Counted from the stretch's first letter, positions 38,248-51,056 are shown. The stretch: DNA of 58,016 bases from Candidatus Methylomirabilia bacterium (GCA_046758965.1 JBHIBG010000009.1:1-58016); one strand, 5' to 3'. The notes: generated from the sequence alone by a model not told the origin. Numbers and translations: made by a program.

Positions 38248-39414
38248 ATGAGGATCCACGAGTTCCAGGCCAAAGCCCTTCTCCGTCAGTTTGGCGTGCC
38301 GGTACCGGCCGGCGAGGTGGCCGGGACCCCTTCTCAGGCCCGGGCAATCGTCGAGCGCCTCGGCGGTCGGGTGGTGGTGAAGGCACAGGTCCATGCGGGT
38401 GGAAGGGGGAAAGCCGGCGGCATCAGAGTCGCTGACGATCCCGCCGGCGCGGAGACGGCGGCCCGGACGATCCTCGGCATGCGCCTCAGGACCCCCCAGA
38501 CGCCCCCGGAAGGGATCGAGGTCAGACAGGTGTTGGTGGAGGAAGCGGCAGAGATCGCGCAGGAACTCTACCTCTCGGTTACCCTGGACCGGGCGAGGAG
38601 CGCCCTGGTGGTCATGGCCTCCGTGGCGGGCGGGGTCGAGATCGAAGAGGTGGCCGCCGCCTCTCCGGAGAAGATCCTGAGGGAGTGGGCTGACCCAGCC
38701 CTCGGGCTCCAGCCCTTCCAGGCGCGGCACCTGGCCTTCGCGATCGGGTTGACGGGTGACCTCCACAAGGCGGGTGTGTCACTCATCTTGAACCTCTTCC
38801 AGTGCGTGCTGGGTACAGATTGCGCGCTGGCGGAGATCAACCCCCTCGCGATCACCGTGGATGCCCGGCTTCTGGCGATGGACGCCAAGCTGGATCTTGA
38901 CGACAATGCGCTCTTCCGGCGGAAAGAGATTGGAGCCCTCAGGGACGAGCGCGAGGAGACCCCCCTCGAAGTGGAAGCCTCCCGATACGGGCTCAACTAT
39001 GTCAAGCTGGACGGCAACGTGGGGTGCATGGTCAATGGGGCCGGGCTGGCTATGGCCACCATGGACATCATCAAGCTGGCCGGCGGCGAGCCCGCCAACT
39101 TCCTGGATGTGGGAGGTGGGGCTTCTGCGGAGCAGATCGAGAACGCCTTTCGGATCCTCTCGTCGGACCCGAACGTCAACGCCGTGCTCATCAACGTCTT
39201 CGGCGGCATCCTGCGGTGCGACCGGCTGGCTGAAGGCGTCATCGCGGCGGTCCGGAAACTTCGCATCCAGCTTCCGGTGGTGATCCGGATGGAGGGGACC
39301 AACGTCGCGCAGGGCCGCGAGATGCTGGCCCGATCGGCGTTGAATTTCGTGAGCGCCGAGGGCATGCGCGATGCGGCCGAGAAGGTGGTCGCGCTCGCGC
39401 GGGCAGCGACATGA
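38248..39414 (+). CDS. sucC: Succinyl-CoA synthetase beta subunit
   Basis: [47 protein letters not shown]. Confidence 0.97.
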   Translation: MRIHEFQAKALLRQFGVPVPAGEVAGTPSQARAIVERLGGRVVVKAQVHAGGRGKAGGIRVADDPAGAETAARTILGMRLRTPQTPPEGIEVRQVLVEEAAEIAQELYLSVTLDRARSALVVMASVAGGVEIEEVAAASPEKILREWADPALGLQPFQARHLAFAIGLTGDLHKAGVSLILNLFQCVLGTDCALAEINPLAITVDARLLAMDAKLDLDDNALFRRKEIGALRDEREETPLEVEASRYGLNYVKLDGNVGCMVNGAGLAMATMDIIKLAGGEPANFLDVGGGASAEQIENAFRILSSDPNVNAVLINVFGGILRCDRLAEGVIAAVRKLRIQLPVVIRMEGTNVAQGREMLARSALNFVSAEGMRDAAEKVVALARAAT

Positions 39415-40286
39415 GCATTCTGGTCGACAAGTCAACCCGGGTCGTCGTGCAGGGGATCACCGGGAGGGAGGGCTCCTTCCACGCCCAGCGCTGCCGCGAG
39501 TACGGGACCCTGGTGGTGGGGGGTGTCACTCCGGGGAAGGGCGGCAGCACCCACGACGGCTTTCCGGTTTGGAACACCGTGAAGGAGGCGGTTCGCGCCG
39601 AAGCACCCACCTGCGCGCTCGTTTTTGTGCCGCCCGTGGCCGGCGCCGACGCCATCATGGAGGCTGCTGACGCAGGTCTCCCCTTGATCGTCTGCATCAC
39701 GGAGGGGATCCCCACGCTGGACATGCTGCGCGCGAAGGCGTTCGTGGACCGCCGCCCCTGCCGCCTCATCGGCCCCAACTGCCCGGGGGTCATCTCCCCC
39801 GGCAAGGCCAAGGTGGGGATCATGCCCGGGCAGATCCACCGGGAGGGCCCTGTGGGGGTGGTTTCACGGAGCGGCACGCTCACCTATGAGGTGGTCCACC
39901 AGCTCTCGCAGCGAGGGATCGGCCAATCCACGTGCGTGGGGATCGGCGGCGACCCGGTCATCGGCAGTTCCTTCATCGACCTCCTCAGCCTCTTTCAGGC
40001 TGATCCAGATACCCGCCTGATAGTGATGATTGGCGAGATCGGGGGCAGTGCCGAGGACGAGGCCGCGGCGTTTCTCAGCAGTCACGTCTCCAGGCCGGTC
40101 GTGGGCTTCATCTGCGGCCAGACCGCCCCGCCCGGCCGGAGGATGGGCCATGCGGGAGCGATCATTGCTGGGGGGAGAGGGACGGCGGCCGAGAAGATGA
40201 CTGCCCTTGAGCGCGCGGGTGTCACGGTGGTCCGGAGCCCCGCCGACCTGGGCGCTACCGTTGAACGCGTGCTGCGCGACAGCTGA
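39411..40286 (+). CDS. sucD: Succinyl-CoA synthetase alpha subunit
   Basis: [28 protein letters not shown]. Confidence 0.97.
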   Translation: MSILVDKSTRVVVQGITGREGSFHAQRCREYGTLVVGGVTPGKGGSTHDGFPVWNTVKEAVRAEAPTCALVFVPPVAGADAIMEAADAGLPLIVCITEGIPTLDMLRAKAFVDRRPCRLIGPNCPGVISPGKAKVGIMPGQIHREGPVGVVSRSGTLTYEVVHQLSQRGIGQSTCVGIGGDPVIGSSFIDLLSLFQADPDTRLIVMIGEIGGSAEDEAAAFLSSHVSRPVVGFICGQTAPPGRRMGHAGAIIAGGRGTAAEKMTALERAGVTVVRSPADLGATVERVLRDS

Positions 40287-40300
40287 TAGCTCGTCTGCAC

Positions 40301-40726
40301 ATGGCCATCGAGCGGACCCTGATGATCGTCAAGCCCGATGCGGTGGCCAAGGGCGTGGTTGGCCGGATCATCGCCCGCGTTGAGCAGTCTGGCCTCAAGA
40401 TCCTGGCCGCCAAGATGGTCCACCTGACGAAGGAGCAGGCCGAGGGCTTCTACATCATCCACAGGCACCGCCCTTTCTACGCGAGCCTCTGCGCCTTCAT
40501 GACAGCGGGGCCGTGCCTCCCGATGGTGCTCGAAGGGGAGAACGCCATCGGCCGACTCCGCGAGCTGATGGGCGCGACCGACCCTCAGAAGGCAGCTCCG
40601 GGAACGATCCGGCGCGACTTCGCTGCCTCGATCGAGGCCAACGCCGTCCACGGCTCGGACTCCCCGGAGGCGGCAGCCTTCGAGATCCCGTACTTCTTCG
40701 ACGCCCAGGGGATCTGTCCCCGGTAG
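40301..40726 (+). CDS. ndk: Nucleoside diphosphate kinase
   Basis: [22 protein letters not shown]. Confidence 0.97.
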   Translation: MAIERTLMIVKPDAVAKGVVGRIIARVEQSGLKILAAKMVHLTKEQAEGFYIIHRHRPFYASLCAFMTAGPCLPMVLEGENAIGRLRELMGATDPQKAAPGTIRRDFAASIEANAVHGSDSPEAAAFEIPYFFDAQGICPR

Positions 40727-40731
40727 CGAAC

Positions 40732-40760
40732 TTGTTCGGCCCGCGCACCTCTGATATCAT
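40732..40760 (+). promoter_or_regulatory. Promoter immediately upstream of the biotin carboxylase
   Basis: TTGTTC-N17-TATCAT with extended -10 TG, 9 nt before the GTG. Confidence 0.55.
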
Positions 40761-40769
40761 CGGTTCAGG

Positions 40770-42284
40770 GTGAAGCCTGCCTTCGGAAAAATCCTGATCG
40801 CCAACCGCGGCGAGATCGCGGTGCGCATCATCCGGGCCTGCCAAGAGCTCGGCATTGCCACCGTCGCTGTCTTCTCCGAGGCCGACCGCGAGGCCTTGCA
40901 CGTCCTGATGGCCGATGAAGCGTATCCCATCGGCCCTCCCTCGGCGGCCCAGAGCTATCTGGTCATCGAGCGGCTGATACAGGCGGCCAAGGCTTCAGGC
41001 GCGGAGGCCATCCACCCCGGGTACGGGTTCCTGGCTGAGAACGCGGACTTCGCCGACGCATGCCAGCAGGCGGGATTGACCTTCATCGGCCCGCCGGCCT
41101 CGGCGATCCGGGCCATGGGGGACAAGACGGCAGCGCGCCGGACCGCGGTCACCGCGGAGGTCCCGGTGATCCCCGGGACGCACGAGCCGCTCGAAAGCGA
41201 TGCCGAGGCCGCACGCCTGGCCCAGGAGTTCGGCTACCCGGTCATGATCAAAGCCGCCATGGGTGGGGGCGGCAAGGGGATGCGGCTGGTGCGGAGCGAG
41301 ACCGAGCTGGCCTCGGCCCTTCGCATGGCGCGCTCCGAGGCGGGGTCGGCCTTCGGCGACGCCTCCGTGTACATCGAGCGCTACCTGGAGGAGCCTCGCC
41401 ACATCGAGATCCAGATCCTCGCCGACAGCCACGGCAACATGGTCCACCTGGGCGAGCGCGAGTGTTCGATCCAGCGACGCCACCAGAAGCTGATCGAGGA
41501 GTGCCCCTCACCGCTTGTCGACAGGCGCATGCGGGCGCGCATGGGGGAGGCGGCGGCCAGGGTGGCTAGCTCGGTGGGTTACGTCAACGCCGGCACCGTG
41601 GAGTTTCTGGTGGACAGCCAGAAGAACTTCTATTTCCTGGAGATGAACACCCGCCTTCAGGTGGAGCATCCGGTCACCGAGCTGGTCACCGGCATTGACC
41701 TGGCGAAAGAGCAGATCCGGATCGCCGCCGGGGAAGAGCTGGGCTACAGCCAGGCCAACGTCAAGTGGAGCGGCTGGGCCATCGAGTGCCGGATCTACGC
41801 CGAAGACCCGTACGCCAACTTCATGCCCTCGCCGGGGAGGATCACGGGCCTCCGTGCCCCGAGCGGGCCGTGGGTCCGCGACGACTCCGGAGTGTACGGA
41901 GGGTACACGGTGCCGATCTACTACGACCCGCTGATCTCCAAGCTCATCGTCTGGGGCCCTGACCGAACCGAGGCGGTGAACCGCATGCGGCGCGCCCTGA
42001 GCGAGTACAAAGTGGCAGGCGTCAGGACCACGATTCCGGTGCTCCTGCAGATCATGGCGAGCCCGGACTTCGTGGCCGGCCGTCTCTCCACGCACTTCCT
42101 GGACCACCTGCTCTCGGCGGAGCGCCCCCAGGCTGAGAACCGCCACCGCACCGTGGCACTGATCGCGGCCTCGCTCGCGGCCTACGAACGGGCCGGCCGG
42201 ATTCAGCCCGCCGTGGCCCGGTCTGCCAGACCGAACCCCTGGCTGATGTCAGTCCGCCGGACCGGGTGGGGGAGAAGATCCTGA
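40770..42284 (+). CDS. accC: Biotin carboxylase subunit of an acyl-CoA carboxylase
   Basis: [45 protein letters not shown]. Confidence 0.93.
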   Translation: MKPAFGKILIANRGEIAVRIIRACQELGIATVAVFSEADREALHVLMADEAYPIGPPSAAQSYLVIERLIQAAKASGAEAIHPGYGFLAENADFADACQQAGLTFIGPPASAIRAMGDKTAARRTAVTAEVPVIPGTHEPLESDAEAARLAQEFGYPVMIKAAMGGGGKGMRLVRSETELASALRMARSEAGSAFGDASVYIERYLEEPRHIEIQILADSHGNMVHLGERECSIQRRHQKLIEECPSPLVDRRMRARMGEAAARVASSVGYVNAGTVEFLVDSQKNFYFLEMNTRLQVEHPVTELVTGIDLAKEQIRIAAGEELGYSQANVKWSGWAIECRIYAEDPYANFMPSPGRITGLRAPSGPWVRDDSGVYGGYTVPIYYDPLISKLIVWGPDRTEAVNRMRRALSEYKVAGVRTTIPVLLQIMASPDFVAGRLSTHFLDHLLSAERPQAENRHRTVALIAASLAAYERAGRIQPAVARSARPNPWLMSVRRTGWGRRS

Positions 42285-42784
42285 TGCGCTTTGTGGCAGA
42301 GCTGGAGGGCCAGACCTGCTCGGTCGAGGTGAAGGAGGCGGAGACCGGCTTCCGGGTCCAGGTCGGCGAGGAGGTCTGGGAGGTGGATGCCCGCCGGCCC
42401 GTAGAAGGGATCTGGTCCATCATCATCGGGGGCGCAGCCTACGCGGTAGATGTGACGGAAGAAGGCGGCTCATTCCTCGTGGACGTGGACGGGGAAACCT
42501 ACCGGATCCGCGTCGAGGAGGAGAGCCGCCACATCATCAGGACCCGGGGTGGGGGACTCGCCCATCCCGGTGGCCAGGTCCTCACCGCACCCATGCCCGG
42601 CAAGGTCGTTCACATCGTCGTCAGCGAGGGCCAGACGGTGAGGGCGGGAGATGGCCTCGTCGTCCTCGAGGCCATGAAGATGGAAAACGAGTTCAAGGCG
42701 ACGGCTGACGGCACCGTGAAGGAGGTGCGCGTTCAGGTCGGCCAGACCGTGAACGGGGGCGACGTGTTGGTCGTCATCGAATGA
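42284..42784 (+). CDS. Biotin carboxyl carrier protein with N-terminal BT-like domain
   Basis: APMPG and EAMKM biotinylation site; TGATG overlap with the upstream gene. Confidence 0.9.
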   Translation: MRFVAELEGQTCSVEVKEAETGFRVQVGEEVWEVDARRPVEGIWSIIIGGAAYAVDVTEEGGSFLVDVDGETYRIRVEEESRHIIRTRGGGLAHPGGQVLTAPMPGKVVHIVVSEGQTVRAGDGLVVLEAMKMENEFKATADGTVKEVRVQVGQTVNGGDVLVVIE

Positions 42785-42797
42785 GCGGCGGCATCGC

Positions 42798-44697
<1,900 letters not shown>

Positions 44698-44749
44698 GAG
44701 ATCAGTATACGCTCTTCCCCGACAGTTCACAACGCCCCGCGGAACAGCT

Positions 44750-46381
44750 TCACGCCTTCAGCGCTCGAGCCTTGAACTGGTCGCGCAAGACTTTCTTGTC
44801 GAACTTCCCCACGGTGGTCTTGGGGATACTCTCCAGGAAGACCACCTCGTCGGGCAGCCACCATTTCGCCACCTGGGGCCGCAGGAACTCCAGGACCTCC
44901 TCGGCCGTCAGCGACGCTTTCTGGTCGGGCTTGGGGACGACACAGGCCAGGGGGCGCTCGACCCACTTGGGGTGGGCGACGGCGATGACGGCGGCCTCGA
45001 GGACCTTGGGGTGGGCCATGAGCAGGCTCTCCAGGTCCACGCTGGAGATCCACTCGCCGCCGGACTTGATCAGATCCTTGGTACGGTCCATGATCTGGAT
45101 GTACCCCTCGGAGTCGACGGTGACCACATCCCCGGTGCGGAACCACCCGTCGGCGGTGAACGCCTTGGCGGCCTCGGGGTTTCTGTAGTACCCGCTCACG
45201 ATCCAGGGGCCGCGCACCTGAAGCTCCCCCATGGTCTTGCCGTCCCAGGGGACCTCTCGCCCTTCCTCATCCACGGCCCTGAGATCCACGCCCGCCGCCG
45301 CGTACCCCTGCTTGGCTCGCATCGCGAGGCGCTGTTCGTCCGGCCAGCTCTCCATGTAGCCCTTGAGGCGGGACACGGTGCCGACGGGGGTCGTCTCGGT
45401 CATCCCCCAGGCGTGGGTCATCCGGACGCCGAATTTCTTCTCGTAGGTCTCGAGGAGGCTCTTGGGCGCTGCGGAGCCCCCGATGGGGATGCAGCGGATC
45501 GAGGAAATGTCGAAGGCGGGCTCCTGTTCGAGAACGGCCTGCACCCCGAACCAGATGGTGGGGACGCCGCCCACAAATGTCACCTTCTCCTTGTGGACGA
45601 TCTCGACGATGTCCCGCGGTTGCGGGTTGGGACCGGCGAAGATCTGGGTGGCCCCCACGATGACTCCCGTGTACGGCACGCACCAGGCATTCGCGTGGAA
45701 CATGGGGACGACGTGAAACAGCACGTCTTTCTCTGAAATCCCGAAGGTGTCGGTCATCGCCTGGGCCATGCTGTGAAGATAGATCGCGCGGTGGCTGTAG
45801 ACGACGCCTTTCGGGTGGCCGGTAGTCCCTGAGGTGTAGCACATTCCGGCGGCGTCGCGTTCGTCGAGTTGGGGCCAGGCCGCGACCGGCTTGGCTCCCT
45901 TCAAGAGCGCCTCGTAGTCGAGGAGACCGGGAGGGGCTGCCATCCCCGGCGCGTCGGGCATGATCACGATGTGACGCAGCGATTTGAGCTCCTTCCGAAC
46001 CGGCTCCAGCTGCGGCCAGAGGGAGAGGTCGACGAAGAGGATCGAATCCTCGGCGTGGTTAATGATGTACGTCAGGTCGGCATGAGACAGCCTGATGTTG
46101 ACGGTGTGGAGGACGCTGCCGAGGAGAGGGGCGGCCCAGTAGACTTCGAGGTGGCGGTGCGAGTTCCATGCCAAGGTCCCGACCCGATCGCCGCGGTTGA
46201 TCCCGAGGCCCTGGAGAGCTCCGGCCAACCGCATCACCCGGTCCGCGAACTCGCCGTAGGTATAGCGAAAGGGCGGCGCTCCTGGCACCCGCGTAGCCAG
46301 TCTCTTCGCCGCAAAGACCCGGCGGCTGCGCTCGAAGAACTGGGTCAGCGTCAGGGGGTAGTCCATCATCAAGCCTTTCAT
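44750..46381 (-). CDS. Long/medium-chain fatty-acid-CoA ligase (AlkK/DmdB family)
   Basis: MKGLMMDYPL start, YTSGTTGHPKGV, VPMFHANAW, WGMTET, DRTKDLIKSGGEWISS. Confidence 0.92.
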   Translation of the reverse strand: MKGLMMDYPLTLTQFFERSRRVFAAKRLATRVPGAPPFRYTYGEFADRVMRLAGALQGLGINRGDRVGTLAWNSHRHLEVYWAAPLLGSVLHTVNIRLSHADLTYIINHAEDSILFVDLSLWPQLEPVRKELKSLRHIVIMPDAPGMAAPPGLLDYEALLKGAKPVAAWPQLDERDAAGMCYTSGTTGHPKGVVYSHRAIYLHSMAQAMTDTFGISEKDVLFHVVPMFHANAWCVPYTGVIVGATQIFAGPNPQPRDIVEIVHKEKVTFVGGVPTIWFGVQAVLEQEPAFDISSIRCIPIGGSAAPKSLLETYEKKFGVRMTHAWGMTETTPVGTVSRLKGYMESWPDEQRLAMRAKQGYAAAGVDLRAVDEEGREVPWDGKTMGELQVRGPWIVSGYYRNPEAAKAFTADGWFRTGDVVTVDSEGYIQIMDRTKDLIKSGGEWISSVDLESLLMAHPKVLEAAVIAVAHPKWVERPLACVVPKPDQKASLTAEEVLEFLRPQVAKWWLPDEVVFLESIPKTTVGKFDKKVLRDQFKARALKA

Positions 46382-46560
46382 CGGTTTTCCCTCCGCTGGG
46401 TCTTGTCCTGCACCCCGTGCTGCTGCTCCCCGATGGCTGCCAGCGGCCCGTCCCGTCTGATCACTCCGGCCAGCAGCGGGAAGCGGGCCAGTCGTCCGGC
46501 CATGATAGCATGCCCCGCAAGACGCCCTGCGGCCGACGCCGCCGGCCATTTTCTGACCGA

Positions 46561-47445
46561 TTAGTAGGTAGGGAAGACGCGGCGGACGACCTCGGGCGGG
46601 TTGATCCCGAGCATCCCCTTGATCAGCCGCCTGGCCGCCCCCCTGACGACGACAAAGGTGATGACCCCGGAGGCGAGGAGCTCTCCGTCTGGAGCGACGA
46701 GGGTGCTCTCGGTCCGCCAGTACGGGCTCTCGGCCTCCTGAGGGGCGGTCCGCTCCCGCACCCCGACCGCGGCCAGGGGCTTCCCGAATGGATAGGTCGG
46801 CTGGTGAAGCATGATCCTGAGATCGGTCGTCATCCCCGACTCTCCCGTGGCAAGGGCACCGAGCCAGAAGGCGGTCTCGTCAAGCAGGGTCGTAAAGACC
46901 GCCGTGGCAAGGCGGCCATCCGCCGTGCGAAAGGGTTCTCGCGGTCGGTACTCCGTCCAGACCTGGCGGTCATCGAACCAAAGGCTCGCCTGAAGTCCCA
47001 GAGGGTTCTGGACCCCGCATGCGAAACATCGATTCGAGATCGGGAGGGGGAACCTGTTGCCGGTGCTCTCAAGGAGATCGGGGCGTCTGGCGTCAGGCTC
47101 CACGGCAGTGACCCGGCCCTCGACAAGCACCTGCTTGCCGTTCGAAAGGCGGAGCGCGGTTTCAGGTCCCGAGCGTCGGATCGCGAGCGGAAGGGGGGTG
47201 TTTAGTGGGATCTTTCGCCTGTACGCGCCAGCGAGTTCCCGGGGCGTATCGTGGGGTGGCGCGGCCACGAGGTCGAAAGCGGCTAGGACAACCCCACCGT
47301 GCGCCATCTGCGGAAGACCCTGGAACGTGTCGGGGAGTGTCAGGGAGCCCTCGCCGACGGAGCGGGCCAGCAGATCCTCGACCGAAGTCACGCGGAATTC
47401 TCGACATGACTCGTCATCCTGCCTGCGGGGGGCGAGAGGGGTCAT
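46561..47445 (-). CDS. Double hotdog-fold (PaaI-like) thioesterase/dehydratase
   Basis: FQGLPQMAHGG, CFACGVQNPLGL, LLDE; ATG 47445 overlaps the microprotein stop. Confidence 0.7.
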   Translation of the reverse strand: MTPLAPRRQDDESCREFRVTSVEDLLARSVGEGSLTLPDTFQGLPQMAHGGVVLAAFDLVAAPPHDTPRELAGAYRRKIPLNTPLPLAIRRSGPETALRLSNGKQVLVEGRVTAVEPDARRPDLLESTGNRFPLPISNRCFACGVQNPLGLQASLWFDDRQVWTEYRPREPFRTADGRLATAVFTTLLDETAFWLGALATGESGMTTDLRIMLHQPTYPFGKPLAAVGVRERTAPQEAESPYWRTESTLVAPDGELLASGVITFVVVRGAARRLIKGMLGINPPEVVRRVFPTY

Positions 47446-47567
47446 GGGTCCGAGCAGTCGCGGGTGTAGCCGCACCGTGGGCAGATGATCTTGCAGTGAA
47501 CCTCTTGCATCGGCTCGCCGCAGCCCTCGCAGATGTCACGCCCTTGGGGCGGTCGGAGCTCAGCCAT
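47442..47567 (-). CDS. 41-aa CPxCG-type zinc-finger microprotein (HVO_2523-like), absent from the ORF track
   Basis: Manual translation MAELRPPQGRDICEGCGEPMQEVHCKIICPRCGYTRDCSDP*; GAGGG SD; ATGA coupling to the next gene. Confidence 0.85.
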   Translation of the reverse strand: MAELRPPQGRDICEGCGEPMQEVHCKIICPRCGYTRDCSDP

Positions 47568-47646
47568 GCTATCTTTTCCCTCGGCTTGATCCTATACTTT
47601 TTCCGGCCCATTGTACTCCTTGCGCGCAAGGGAAGTCAGCGTTGCC

Positions 47647-48822
47647 GTGACCTCGACGACCTCACCGGTCCTGACCGGCGCCTTTCTCCGGGCCGCCCTC
47701 ACCAACTTTTTCTTCTTCGCCAGCCTCCACTGCTTCTTCCTTCTTCCCCTCTACATCCAGCAACTCGGCGGGACGGAGGCCCAGATCGGCCTCATCATGG
47801 GCGCGTACAGCGCCTCGGCGATCTTCTGCCAGCCTCTCGTAGGGGCGTGGGTGGACCGGATCGGCCGCCGCCCCTTCATGCTCCTTGGGGCCGGTCTGGT
47901 GGCCCTTTCGGCCGTGGCCTTTTCGAAAGCCGGCTCGACCGCCGTGTTCGTATTCCTCCGGGTCCTCCAGGGGATTGGGTTTTCGGCCTTCTTCGTGGCC
48001 AACTACACCCTCATCGTGGACCTGGTGCCGCCGGAACGGCGCGGGTGGGCGTTGGGGATCTTCGGGATTTCGGGACTTTTGTCCACCTCCGTGGCGCCCC
48101 TGGCTGGCGAGTGGGTGATCCGAGGTCTCGGCTACCCGACCTTCTTCGCCCTCGCCACCCTGCTGGCCCTGGTGGCCCTGGTCCTGGCGTGGCCGGTCCG
48201 CGACCCCCGCAGGGTCATCGTCGCCTCCGGTGGCGGCGTGGCGGCAATCCGGGAAGGGGCGGGGGAGCTCTTTCGGCTCCCGATGGCAGTGGCCTTCGCC
48301 TTCGGCCTCGGGGTCGGGACGTTCTTTACCTTCCTCCCCACCTTCGCGGAGCTCCTTGGGGTGAGAAACTTGGCGCTGTTCTATACCGGGTACGCGGGGT
48401 CGGGGATGCTGGTCCGCGCTGTGGGCGGTGAGCTGATCGACCGCTTGGGCCGCCGCAGAGTGATAGTCCCCTCGCTCTTCCTCCAGGCGGCGGGCGGAGC
48501 CATCCTCGCCTCGCTGGCCTTTCTGGTCGGCGCCCACACCCCCGTGCCGGTGCTCCCCTTTCTCTTCCTGGCGGGATTCGTCGCCGGGGGCGCCCACGGG
48601 TTTCTCTACCCCGCGCTGACGGCCCTGCTGATGGATCAGACCCGCGAGGCCCGCCGGGGGAGCGTGGTGGGAATCTTCAGCTCGGTGATCCTTACGGGCA
48701 GTGCCGTGGGGGCCATGGTCTTCGGCTACGTCTCCCACGGGTTCGGCTACGGGGTGATGTGGAGCGCACTCACCTCGCTTCTTGCCGTCGGCTTTGTCGC
48801 GAGCTTTCGGCTCCGTCCTTGA
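47647..48822 (+). CDS. MFS transporter
   Basis: About 12 TM; GAWVDRIGRR and GELIDRLGRR motif A; start uncertain (47611 or 47647). Confidence 0.9.
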   Translation: MTSTTSPVLTGAFLRAALTNFFFFASLHCFFLLPLYIQQLGGTEAQIGLIMGAYSASAIFCQPLVGAWVDRIGRRPFMLLGAGLVALSAVAFSKAGSTAVFVFLRVLQGIGFSAFFVANYTLIVDLVPPERRGWALGIFGISGLLSTSVAPLAGEWVIRGLGYPTFFALATLLALVALVLAWPVRDPRRVIVASGGGVAAIREGAGELFRLPMAVAFAFGLGVGTFFTFLPTFAELLGVRNLALFYTGYAGSGMLVRAVGGELIDRLGRRRVIVPSLFLQAAGGAILASLAFLVGAHTPVPVLPFLFLAGFVAGGAHGFLYPALTALLMDQTREARRGSVVGIFSSVILTGSAVGAMVFGYVSHGFGYGVMWSALTSLLAVGFVASFRLRP

Positions 48823-48883
48823 CTTGATCGAACCCTCAGCCGATACTTTTGAGAAGAGAAGCTCGACGCGGGGGAGGGCAGGC

Positions 48884-49417
48884 ATGGTTACAGCGAGGCG
48901 GATTGGCTTTCTTGGGCTCCTGGCGCTGGCACTCTTCGGCGAGGTCGCAGCCAAGGAACAGGCGACCGTAGCACCACCGGCTCCGACAGCGTCCCAGGAA
49001 GCCGAGGTTGTGAGCATCGCCATTGATCAGCGGACCGCCCAGCCGATGTTGATGCTCCGGGGGAAGCGCGACAAGCGGAGCCTGGTCATGGTCATCGGCC
49101 GCTGGGAAGCTACCAGTATCGCGCTTCAGCTGGACGGGGTCACCCCACCGCGACCGCTCACCCACGATCTGTTCCTGACCCTCTTCGGGCGGCTCAAGGT
49201 CACCCTCACCCGCGTGGTGATCACGGATCTGCGGAACGACATCTACTACGCCATCGTGTACCTCGACGCGGACGGGAGCAAGGTCACGGTGGACTCCCGT
49301 CCCTCGGACGCCATCGCGCTGGCGATTCGGGCGAAGGCCCCCATTCTGGTGGAGGACCGGGTCTTTGAGAAGTCTGAACGTTCGCGCCAGCGCCCCGGCA
49401 AGACGCCGTACTTTTAG
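48884..49417 (+). CDS. Bifunctional-nuclease (DUF151) domain protein with predicted signal peptide
   Basis: EATSI, RPLTHDL, DSRPSDAIALA; N-terminus RR + hydrophobic + VAA; promoter TTGACT-N17-GATACT at 48819-47. Confidence 0.85.
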   Translation: MVTARRIGFLGLLALALFGEVAAKEQATVAPPAPTASQEAEVVSIAIDQRTAQPMLMLRGKRDKRSLVMVIGRWEATSIALQLDGVTPPRPLTHDLFLTLFGRLKVTLTRVVITDLRNDIYYAIVYLDADGSKVTVDSRPSDAIALAIRAKAPILVEDRVFEKSERSRQRPGKTPYF

Positions 49418-49420
49418 GAT

Positions 49421-50362
49421 ATGGCGGACAAGACGCGCGAGCCCAAGTGGGCCATCCAGCGGCGGCTGGACGGCATTCTGAGCAAGCTCGGGGAAAAGCA
49501 CGGCGATCTGAGCGGCCGCGTGGAGGTGCAGGTCCGCTCTGAGGTCAGCTTCGAGGAGATCGGTGGGCTTGAGGAGGCCAAGGCCGCCCTCCGCGGCTTC
49601 GCGACTGCGCTGACCAACCCGGATGTCTACCGCCGGTGGGGGATCACGCCGCCCAAGGGCGTTCTCCTTTACGGCCCCCCCGGAACGGGCAAGCGCCTGC
49701 TCGCCATGGCCCTGGCCACCACCTCCGAGGCGATCTTCTACCATCTCAAGCTCGCGAACCTGACCTCCAAGTTCGGTCCTAGCACCGGAGAGCTGCTCCA
49801 GGAGATCCTGTCCCTCGCCGCGGAGGGGGGGAGGGCGGTCGTGTTTCTGGATGAGATCGATGCTCTCTCTCTCGACCACCTCATGCCGCCGAACCAGACT
49901 CGGGAGGCCAGTGCGCGCCTGGTCGCGGCCCTGGCGGAGAAGCTGGACATGCTCCAGGGGGTCTCCCGGGTCATCTTTGTTGCTGCCACCAACCGGACCG
50001 ATGCGGTGGACCCCTCGCTGGTGGCGCCTGGCCGGCTGGACCGGCTCATCGAGGTCCCGTTCCCGGACGGGCCGGCGCAGCACGAGATCCTGCAGCTGAA
50101 GAAAGCCAGCGCCGAGCGCGACGCGGGCAGGACGCTGTTCGCCGAGCTCGATTCCAGTTCGATCCTCCCCCGCATGGGTGGGATGAGCGGCGCAGAGATC
50201 GAAGAGATCGTCCGGCGGGCCCTGGAGTCCAAAGTTCACCGGGCCGCCGCGGGCAAGGATGCGGGGCTGGTCACCACCCAGGATCTCCTCCAGGAGATTG
50301 ACGGCTACAAGCGCATCCGGGAGGTCGTCGAGAAGATCCGCCGGTACGGGCAGTATCTCTAA
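49421..50362 (+). CDS. Single-domain classic-clade AAA ATPase (CDC48/PAN-like) with degenerate motifs
   Basis: FEEIGGL, GVLLYGPPGTGKR, FLDEID, ATNR..PGRLDR. Confidence 0.85.
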   Translation: MADKTREPKWAIQRRLDGILSKLGEKHGDLSGRVEVQVRSEVSFEEIGGLEEAKAALRGFATALTNPDVYRRWGITPPKGVLLYGPPGTGKRLLAMALATTSEAIFYHLKLANLTSKFGPSTGELLQEILSLAAEGGRAVVFLDEIDALSLDHLMPPNQTREASARLVAALAEKLDMLQGVSRVIFVAATNRTDAVDPSLVAPGRLDRLIEVPFPDGPAQHEILQLKKASAERDAGRTLFAELDSSSILPRMGGMSGAEIEEIVRRALESKVHRAAAGKDAGLVTTQDLLQEIDGYKRIREVVEKIRRYGQYL

Positions 50363-50380
50363 ACCCACCTGGGGGAAGCG

Positions 50381-50773
50381 GTGGTCACCACCCTGATCCG
50401 GGTCCGCTACAAAGACACCGATTCCATGAAGGTTGTCTACTACGGCAACTACCTGACCTACTTCGAGGTGGGGCGAGTGGAGTTCCTCCGCCACCACGGC
50501 CACCCGATGTCGCAGGTGGACGGGGGGCTCCATATGCCGGTCGTCGAGGCTGGCGTCAAGTACCTGAAACCGGCCAGGCTGGACGACCTGCTGGAGGTGA
50601 GGTGCTGGATCAGCGAGCGAAAACGGGCCAGCTTCACGTTCAGCTATGAGATCGGCAACGAGGCCAAGGAGCTGGTCGCCCAAGGCTTCACCCGGCACGC
50701 GTGCCTGGACCCCAGAAGTGGCAGGATGATCGCCATCCCCGAGTGGCTGGGAACAGTGATGGGGAGCGGCTGA
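50381..50773 (+). CDS. YbgC/FadM-family acyl-CoA thioesterase
   Basis: RVRYKDTDSMKVVYYGNYLTYFEVGR. Confidence 0.9.
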   Translation: MVTTLIRVRYKDTDSMKVVYYGNYLTYFEVGRVEFLRHHGHPMSQVDGGLHMPVVEAGVKYLKPARLDDLLEVRCWISERKRASFTFSYEIGNEAKELVAQGFTRHACLDPRSGRMIAIPEWLGTVMGSG

Positions 50774-50782
50774 GCATCGCTC

Positions 50783-50989
50783 ATGCGCCTGATCGCGGCC
50801 CACCGGATCCTGATCGGCACTGCCATCGCGTTCGGTTTCTTCTTCGCGATCTGGGGGGTCTGGCAGTATATTGAAACCGGTCGCGGGGTCCAGCTTCTGA
50901 TCGCGGTCCTCGCCGCTCTCGTCAGCGGTGGGCTGACTTACTATCTGAAGAATCTGAAGCGCTTCGTCGACTCGGGCCCACCGTCATGA
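50783..50989 (+). CDS. Small 2-TM membrane protein
   Basis: 68 aa, two hydrophobic helices, 9 nt after the thioesterase. Confidence 0.65.
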   Translation: MRLIAAHRILIGTAIAFGFFFAIWGVWQYIETGRGVQLLIAVLAALVSGGLTYYLKNLKRFVDSGPPS

Positions 50990-51012
50990 GTTCTGGCGAT
51001 CCGGGTATGCTG

Positions 51013-51021
51013 TGATATAAT
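51013..51021 (+). promoter_or_regulatory. Extended -10 promoter of the Gld-like ABC operon
   Basis: Perfect TGnTATAAT 35 nt upstream of the ATG. Confidence 0.6.
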
Positions 51022-51056
51022 CCGGCTGGTTTGAAGGGAGCCCTGTCTGAGCCCAG

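Noticed and set aside
44750..46381. DMSP demethylation pathway (DmdB/DmdC) linked to the MMT-like gene
   Set aside because: Family-level similarity only; genes are dispersed and no dmdA/dmdD or DMSP synthesis partners are present
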